Below, piece after piece: positions 56,913 to 64,000 of a stretch of 64,000 nt of DNA. The translations under genes were made by a program, and so were the position numbers. Positions within the stretch are counted from its first letter, which is position 1; each line of letters opens with the position of its first letter. Source of the DNA: Pirellulales bacterium (lineage in GTDB: Bacteria > Planctomycetota > Planctomycetia > Pirellulales > JADZDJ01); the NCBI GenBank assembly GCA_963773875.1, contig CAVZCV010000020.1:294818-358817 (forward strand). The letters are read 5' to 3'. The notes beneath the pieces are model-generated. The model searched no databases and was not told where the DNA came from. It saw only the letters and a list, made by a program, of their open reading frames with translations.

Positions 56913-57164
56913 TCAAAAGTCTTCTTTAAGTCCAAACCGATGATACCGCACGTTCCGCGGGTTCATGGTGTGACCCCAGCTGATTTCGTTCATTGGCACG
57001 CCCAATGCCGCCGATAACTTTTCCCGCTCGGCAGGGCTCGGCGTCCAGCGGCCATCGGCAATGGCTTCGACGCGCTCCACCGGCATCCTGGCAACGCCCG
57101 CCAATTGATCGAGCGCAATCTGCCGTTCTTCGATAAGCACGTCGATCGTCTTCATCAATTGCAT
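56913..57164 (-). CDS. Small XRE-like HTH protein, paralogue 1
   Basis: RWTPSPAEREKLSAALGVPMNEISWGH aligns with the neighbouring gene. Confidence 0.8.
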   Translation of the reverse strand: MQLMKTIDVLIEERQIALDQLAGVARMPVERVEAIADGRWTPSPAEREKLSAALGVPMNEISWGHTMNPRNVRYHRFGLKEDF

Positions 57165-57220
57165 TGTAACAAAATCAACGACCCGTTTCCGCAGCCGCTT
57201 TTCCGATCGCCGTTAACTGC

Positions 57221-58206
57221 TCAATGAACGGCTCGGAAATTCGCCCATTCATTTGCACCGGCACATCCCAAGTGATTACCGCCGCCGGGCTTGCGAACAT
57301 TTTGCGTGTATTGCACCGCTTGTTCACTCGTGAATCGCGGCATGACCGTTTCCCCAGCGAGCCCCAAGAAAGCTAAGTACGTGTGCTTGCCGACCATCCA
57401 GAATGCCATCCGTCGTACGTTTGATTTCGACCGTCGCCGGATTGCTGATTTCGCCGGCTGTGTAATCTTCATTTGGGCTGACGGAAACGAGACGCGGCAC
57501 AACACCCGGATTGAATGCCACTGCCGATAGCGGATTGCCCGCCCGCGCGGCCGCGGCAAATGTTTTGAAGTTCGGTGCGTCCTCGGACCGGTACATCGTG
57601 TTCGGCCAGTAGCAACCATCAAACCACCAGCCGGAGACCTTGTCGCCCCAGCGCTGAGACCAATCGGCGATGATTTGCTGCCACTTTTCCTGGAATTCTC
57701 GATTGCGAAATTGCCCACTGCGCCAATCGAGCGCCTTGACCGCTGCTTTGTCACCGCCAGGGGCCTCCGGACGGTAAGTACACGATGAGTTTCAGCCCGC
57801 GCTTGTGCAGCGCATCGGCCATGTCGCCTATCAAATCGCGCTGCGAACACTTGCTTGGTTCAATGCCGACGAGTTTGTCGTATGTCGCATTTGGTGCATC
57901 GAAATAACCGGAGTTTTGCCCGATCGTGAGAATGTGATAGCCCGCGCCGACCGACTTGATTTGATCGGCCAATCCATCGACATCGAAGTGGTCTACCATG
58001 TCGTTCCACTTTTCGACATTCATCTGCAAGTTGTTCGACCGCGCTTGCCAATCTGCCAGATAGTGCGTCATAACGCCCCATTTTGCGGCCCGCATCCAAG
58101 CGATGCGATCGGCGGTTTCTTGACCCAGTCCTGGAGAAACCGAGAAGGCAACGAGCAATGCAAGCAGCGCTAGTCGTATCGAAGCTAATACTTTCATGTC
58201 CATCAA
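57221..58206 (-). CDS. Secreted alpha-L-fucosidase-like (GH29-like) hydrolase, several frameshifts
   Basis: Signal peptide, KWGVMTHY, GQNSGY, GLKLIVYLPS, manual-frame GWWFDGCYW, AFNPG and EDYTAGE. Confidence 0.7.
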
Positions 58207-58263
58207 TTCACCTGCAATCAGGAATTATGTCGATCGATACGATTCGCATTCCTGTGATTCGAA

Positions 58264-59519
58264 TCATGGTTGAATCGCTTCGACTGCCAACTGTTGCAAC
58301 TTCCGCCGCATTTCGGAACGGTCGCCATTGGGTTTTAAGCCGGTGCGTTGAATCAACAGGACGACAAATACGCCTTTGTTGGGATCAATCCAACCTTGCG
58401 TGCCATAAGCGCCGCCGTGACCGTAGGCTCCGACAGAAAGCGACTCCGTCACCTCCTGCGGCTGACGCACGACACCGACGCCCAGCCCATAACCCAAGCC
58501 TTTGGAAAATCCACACTCCAAATCGCCGGTATGAACCTGTCGTATGTTGTTGACCGCCGCTTCGGACAGTAGGCGATGACCATCAAGCTCGCCGCCACGA
58601 AGTAACATCTGATACAGTCGCGATAAATCCGCGGCCGTCGAATACAATCCGCCCGATGGATTGGGATTCTTTGGCTTCTCTGCGGGCATTCGGTCTTGTT
58701 CCGCCGGCACCAGTTTGCCTTCTTTTACCGCACAAATCTGGGCAAGCCGCTCGCGCTGCTCGGCCGATGGATAAAACGTCGTGTCCTTCATACCAAGCGG
58801 CTGGAACACACGTGTGACTAAAAACTCTTCATACGATTGCCCGGACGACACTTCGATAATTCGCCCCAGCATATCGATCCCCGTGCTGCAATATTTCCAT
58901 TTCGTGCCTGGCTCAAACTCCAGCGGTTGCTGCGACATGAAAATCGCGCCCTCGGCCAAGGTCCGATTCCGCTTGCCCGATAAATCAGCCAAGCCTTTGG
59001 GATATGCGCCGGGCAAACCAGACGTATGCGTCAAGAGATCACGAAGCGTAATCGGCCGCGACGGCATTTTGAGCGTGATTGTCGCGTCGTCATGCGTCGC
59101 CACAAGCATTTGTCCTTTGAATTCTGGCAGGTGCTTTTCGACACGTATCGTCGATCGCGAGCTTGCCTTCATCGACCAGCATCATGATGCCTATTGCCGT
59201 AATCGGCTTCGTCATCGATGCGATACGGAAGATTGCATCCTTCGGCATCGGTTTCGTCGAATCGAGACGCTGATTACCAATTGATTCACAGAATGCCAGC
59301 CCATTGGACGATCCAATGGCCACGACCGCGCCGGGGATTTCCTGCGCATCGACGAAGTGCTGCATCATCGGCCCGACGGCCTTTAGCTTCTGCGCGTCGA
59401 AGGTCGGCGGAGTCGCATGAGTGGTGGGGGCAGCAGCAATTAAGCTAATTGCTACCGCCAGCACAAATAAAAGTGCGTGCGGCCGTAAAAATCGGCGCAG
59501 TCGGCGCGAACTTATGCAT
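58264..59519 (-). CDS. Serine hydrolase, beta-lactamase class C-like (frameshift near 59145; start uncertain)
   Basis: FRIASMTK (SxxK), LLTHTSGL, EPGTKWKY, PLGMKDT and GHGGAYGT. Confidence 0.9.
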
Positions 59520-59703
59520 CGACCAACCTCCCCCGAGAAGTGCGGCCAAGAAAGCCCAGGCAGGAACGAATACCATGCTGTCCAGCAAATGTTGTAAACA
59601 CCCGCTGACCAAAGAGCAAGCAAATACACAAGTTGAGCCGCGCTGCGCTACTGCTAGACTTCGCTTGCCGATCGTTTCGACCAATGCGCCCAACCGTGAG
59701 CCA

Positions 59704-60634
59704 ATGAACGCCGTCGAATTGGAAAACGTCAGCAAAGCCTTTCGCAAACACCTGGCTGTCGATGGGCTCAATCTGCAGGTGCCGGAAGGCACGGTCTATG
59801 GTTTCATCGGCCCCAATGGGTCAGGTAAAACCACTACGCTGCGCATGATTTTGAGGATCTTCTTTCCCGATAGCGGCGTCGTTCGCGTGCTGGGACTTGA
59901 ACACGGCGAAGCTGCTGATGACCGCATTGGATATTTACCCGAAGAGCGTGGACTGTACAAGAAAATGCGGGTCCGCGAGGTCCTCCGATTCCACGCGGAG
60001 CTAAAAGGACGCCGCGATTGCAAACTGGCCATCGACGATTGGCTCGCACGGATGAACCTTTCCGATTGGGCTGACAAGCGCGTTGAAACATTGTCGAAAG
60101 GTATGGCCCAAAAGGCACAGTTCATCGCCGCGGTCATTGCCGAGCCGCAGCTATTGATTCTCGACGAACCGTTCAGCGGTCTGGACCCCGTGAACATGGA
60201 AATGCTCAAAGACGTCGTACTCGATCTGAAAAAACGCGGCACGACGGTCATCTTTTCCACACACGACATGGACGTGGCAGAGCGAATGTGCGACACAATC
60301 TTCATGATTTTTCAAGGCCGTAAGGTGCTCGACGGCAGCTTGCAATCGATCCAAGCGAAATACGGCGAGGACACGATCCGGGTACGGACCGCAAATTCGA
60401 ATGGTGCTTTGGACAACCTTCCAGGCGTCGTGCGTGTGAACGATTACGGTCATCATCAAGAACTGCGCATCGCGCCCGGCACGGATTCGCAAGCGGTGCT
60501 ATTGGAACTTGCCCGACGAACGCGAATCGAGCATTTCGAGCTGGCTCGCCCTTCGCTGCATGATATTTTTGTGCGCATCGCGGGGCCGCAGGCTCGAGCA
60601 CGGCGCCACTTCAGCGCCGGAAGAGGTGCGGTAA
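59704..60634 (+). CDS. ABC transporter ATP-binding protein (NatA-like)
   Basis: GPNGSGKTT, LSKGM, LDEPFSGLD and STH; natural TAA at 60632-60634 overlaps the next ATG in an alternative frame. Confidence 0.92.
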
Positions 60635-62093
60635 TGCGTAAAATGGTAATCCTCGCACGCCGCGAATATCAGGCGCTCATCCGTACAAAGGCGTTCATTG
60701 TTTCGCTCGTGGCCATGCCGATTTTTATGTTCGGCGCCATTTTCGTGCAATCCTTTTTACAGGAACATCTCGACACGGGCGAGAAAACGATTGTCGTGCT
60801 CGATGGCACCGGCCGATTGCTGGCGCCGCTCGAAGCACTGGCCGGACTGCGCGACAAAATCGACTCCGGCGGAAAGCCCACGACCGCTAGGCCGCGCAAA
60901 TCAATCCGCATTGAAGCTGGTCCCGCTGGTCCGGTCACCGATGAAATCCGGCTGGAATTGAGCGATCGGATTCGCCGCAATGAGATTTTCGCCTTTGCGG
61001 AAATCAATGCCAATGCGCTCAAGGCCAGCGATGATTCGCCGCTGATGCAGTTGTTGCACCAAATCGGGGCGCTGAAAGTCAACGCGCCGAAAACTGAACC
61101 GGAAGAATCTTCGACGACCGCCAGCGAAACGAATTCCAAAGCCGCCGATACTGAAAAAGACGACGAACCGACGAAAAAAGAAAACTCAGGCGCTGCCGTC
61201 AAACTTTACATGCAAACCATCGCCTACAACGAAATTGGGCAGTGGTTCATGCAGTCGGTCAATCAAGCGGCTTTCGCACTGCGGCTCAGCGACGCCGGAT
61301 TGAATCCCGCGGTAGTCGCACAAGCTGCAGCCCCCGTCGACTTCGCCGAATTGGCGCCGTACACCCAAACGAAAGGTGGCGAGATCCATAAAGGCGATGA
61401 AGGCAGTCGCGGTGTTTCGTTCTTCGTGCCGTTCATGTTGATGATGCTGATGTTTATGTCGGTCATGATCGTCGGCCAGCCGATGCTCACCAGCGTCATC
61501 GAAGAAAAACAGCAGCGCATTGCCGAAGTGCTGCTCGGTTCGGCCAGCCCGTTTCAATTGATGATGGGCAAGCTGCTGGGCAACGTCGGCGTGGCCCTTA
61601 CCATTGTGGCCATCTATTTGACGCGGCGGATATTTTCTTGCCCAGCACTATGGCTATACCGAGCTTAGTGCCGACGAGCTTGTTGATATGGTTCATCGCT
61701 TTCGAAATCATGGCCTGCTTGCTTTTCGGTTCGGTGTTCATTGCCGTCGGCGCTGCCTGCACGGAAATCAAAGAAGCACAAAGCATGCTCATGCCGGTCA
61801 TGCTTGTGCTTGTCATGCCCATGATGGTTTGGTTCAACGTCATGCAGGAGCCGCTCAGCAAATTCGCGATGTGGATCTCCCTGTTTCCGCCGGCCACGCC
61901 GCTCTTGATGCTGCTGCGCGTAGCTGCTTCGCCGATGGTGCCGATGTGGCAACCGCTTTTGGGCATGGTGCTCGTCGTAATCGCCACGGTTATTTGCATC
62001 TTTGCCGCCGGCCGCGTGTTTCGCATCGGCATTTTGATGCAAGGCAAAGCGCCGAAGTTGACGGAACTATTCGGCTGGATTGCCCGCGGCTGA
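60634..62093 (+). CDS. ABC-2 type permease (frameshift near 61625)
   Basis: ARREY..RTKAF, VIEEKQQRIAEVLL and LMMGKLLG; C-terminal TM helices. Confidence 0.9.
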
Positions 62094-62096
62094 TTG

Positions 62097-64000
62097 TCAG
62101 ATCACTCGCCTGCGCCGACGAACAGCGCAGAAGCCGCCAATACAAACAAGTACTACCGTCGCAGGTTCCGGTACGGCGCTAGATGAGCCGGAAGCGTGGC
62201 TGATTACATAATCCAACATCCCTTGAATGTCGCGATTGGTCACATCGCCCGAGGAATCGAAATCGCCGATCGACAGTAGCTGAGCGGGCGTCAGTGATTT
62301 CGTCACCGCGTAGTTCGCCAGATCGGCGAGCGCACCAAGCATGGCAGGAATATCGGACTCCGTCACGACGCCATCTCGATTCCAATCGCCGTGCAAATAG
62401 GTTGTCGCAACCGTTAGCGTTCCAGTCGTGTACAGCTGCGAGATATCCCAGCCAAGTGGCCCGCCAGACAGCGTCGGCAATTGCAGCGTGGAAAAAGTTC
62501 CGGACTGCGAACCTAAATCGAAAATATCGAACGATTGGCCAAGCTGTGGCGTGAAGTTGTTCACCAGGGAAATTTGCAATATTCCGCCCAGCGAAACGTT
62601 GCCGCTGGAAAGGATCGCATCGAACTGCGTGCCGCGTGTAAGGCCGCCAATCTCGATATTCGTTTGCGACCCGCCGGCCAGAGACAGCGAGCCCACGGTT
62701 AGCACGCCGGGACTATTGCCGGGCGCAGAATTCCACCAGTGCCAATCGTTGCCAATCCGCTCACGACTCCGCTGCCACGCAGCGTTGCACCGGAATTGAC
62801 CGTCACCGCGCCGGGCAGCAATCCATTCACTGCCAGCGTTCCGGCGTTTACGGTTGTGCCGCCGGTCCAGTTGTTGGTGGCGCTCGTGATGAAAACTGTG
62901 CCCGGACCGTTCTTTGTGAGGCGTCCGGCGCCGCTAATGGGTCCGGATAAATTCAATACTGCTGCCGCGTTCGGCGTTCCGCCGGTGAGCGCGCTGCCGG
63001 CATCCACGATTCCACCGACGCTGCCAACCGTAATCGCGCCGGCAAACGTATTTTGCGAGCCGGTGCCGCTTTCGCCCCAAATCGTTCCACCGTTCAGCGT
63101 GCACACTTTATTCATTGCTGCGGTCGTGTTGAAAAAGCCAAGCGTGCCGGTCTGCGAGATGGAAACCGTCTTGGTCGCATCACCCATCGACGTCGTGCTG
63201 GTCTGAAACGACAAGATACCAGTGTTAATGGCGATATTTCCCAGCGACGCGTCCACCGTAGCGCCGACCAACGATACCTGATTGGCGCCAGTCTTCGTAA
63301 GCGTATAGCCGACGCCGCCAGTGCTAAGCGTGGCGCCCGTGCCACGTATATCCCAGCGACCGGATCCGCCAAAAGTCGTGTTTTTGGTCAACGTCACTTT
63401 GGTCAATGCGTTTAACTGCGATGCTCCGGAATTCACGATCGCGCCCGTATTATTCACTCCTGCGCCTGCGGCACTGATCGGTTCCGTGGACAGATTGAAT
63501 CCGTTAATATCCAGCGTTCCGCCGTCGATTTGCGTACCGATCGTGGAGTTCGATCCCAAGGCCGTTGCTGATCCGGCTTTCAACGTGCCGCCGGTAATCG
63601 AAACGAGCGAATTGTTGCCAACCGAACCAGTGACAAGCAACGTGCCCGCCCGCACATCGGTCAGTCCAGGATACGAATTCGCAGTCGCGAGCGTGAGCGT
63701 GCCGGTGCCATCCTTGCGGAGCGTGCCGCCGGTGATGCTTCCCGTGCCAGAGAACGTGTAATTCTGCGACGAGTTAACATAGGTGAATCCGGGCGAAACG
63801 TTGCCGGCAATGCTGACAGCGGTATTGGCCGAGGAGTTCGTGAAGTTAACCTGATCGAGCAGATTAAAAACCGATCCCACGGCGCCATTGAGAAAGTTGG
63901 CGGTGGCGCCAGAGTCCCACCTGTTGCTGTTGAGCCCGCCCTGCCAGGTCAAGACGTTCGAAGTACCCATGTAGCCGGTGATGGTGCGGTGCTCGACCCA
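62097..64000 (-). CDS. PEP-CTERM surface protein with autotransporter-associated beta-strand repeats and dockerin-like repeats (N-terminus outside window; frameshift near 62720)
   Basis: KxGxGTLTL..NSY.G.T.V..GTL repeats; GDWNRDG..D and GDFDSSG..D; VPEP + TM + RRRRR. Confidence 0.9.

Noticed and set aside
56271-57017. 248-aa ORF overlapping the HTH genes
   Set aside because: The 3' half is antisense to two clearly paralogous HTH genes. The real protein probably starts at 56364 and ends near 56650.
59449-61668. Apparent 739-aa ATPase-permease fusion
   Set aside because: An alternative frame ends the ATPase at TAA 60632-60634, overlapping the permease ATG (TAATG). The fusion is best explained by an indel near 60595.

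Overview
This 64-kb window looks like chromosomal DNA from a Planctomycete, probably Pirellulales-like. The evidence is a planctomycete export motif (RRLAVEMLEDRR), a PVC-type haem-binding dehydrogenase, a di-haem oxidoreductase, a PEP-CTERM protein and large TPR proteins. More than 20 genes, including conserved ones (xerD, fumC, amt, PFOR), are broken by single-base frameshifts. That pattern most likely reflects unpolished long-read sequencing, so these genes are annotated as single CDS with approximate breakpoints. Gene order: CheB/CheR-PAS-histidine kinase, moaC, Uma2 nuclease, secreted calpain-like RTX protein, a decayed RHS toxin locus with an IS3 inserted at the core/toxin boundary, MATE-phosphotransferase-yhaM, xerD, MBL-fold protein, PadR plus a Clp-N/membrane fusion, amt with a sigma54 promoter next to a KdpDE-like pair, two TPR proteins, redox and envelope genes, fumC, ApbE/FGE-like/Gfo-Idh-MocA, a two-subunit PFOR with a tandem pair of small HTH genes, a GH29-like hydrolase, a serine hydrolase, an ABC exporter and a PEP-CTERM protein. 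The least explained signal is a pair of homologous unannotated intergenic elements about 25 kb apart (about 4000-4560 on minus, about 29590-30045 on plus). They share the same sigma70-type promoter layout (TATTGnCT-17 bp ending in TGTACAG-TAnTAT) and the same array of direct and inverted GTGAAATAACTG motifs. No rRNA, tRNA or CRISPR array was recognised.
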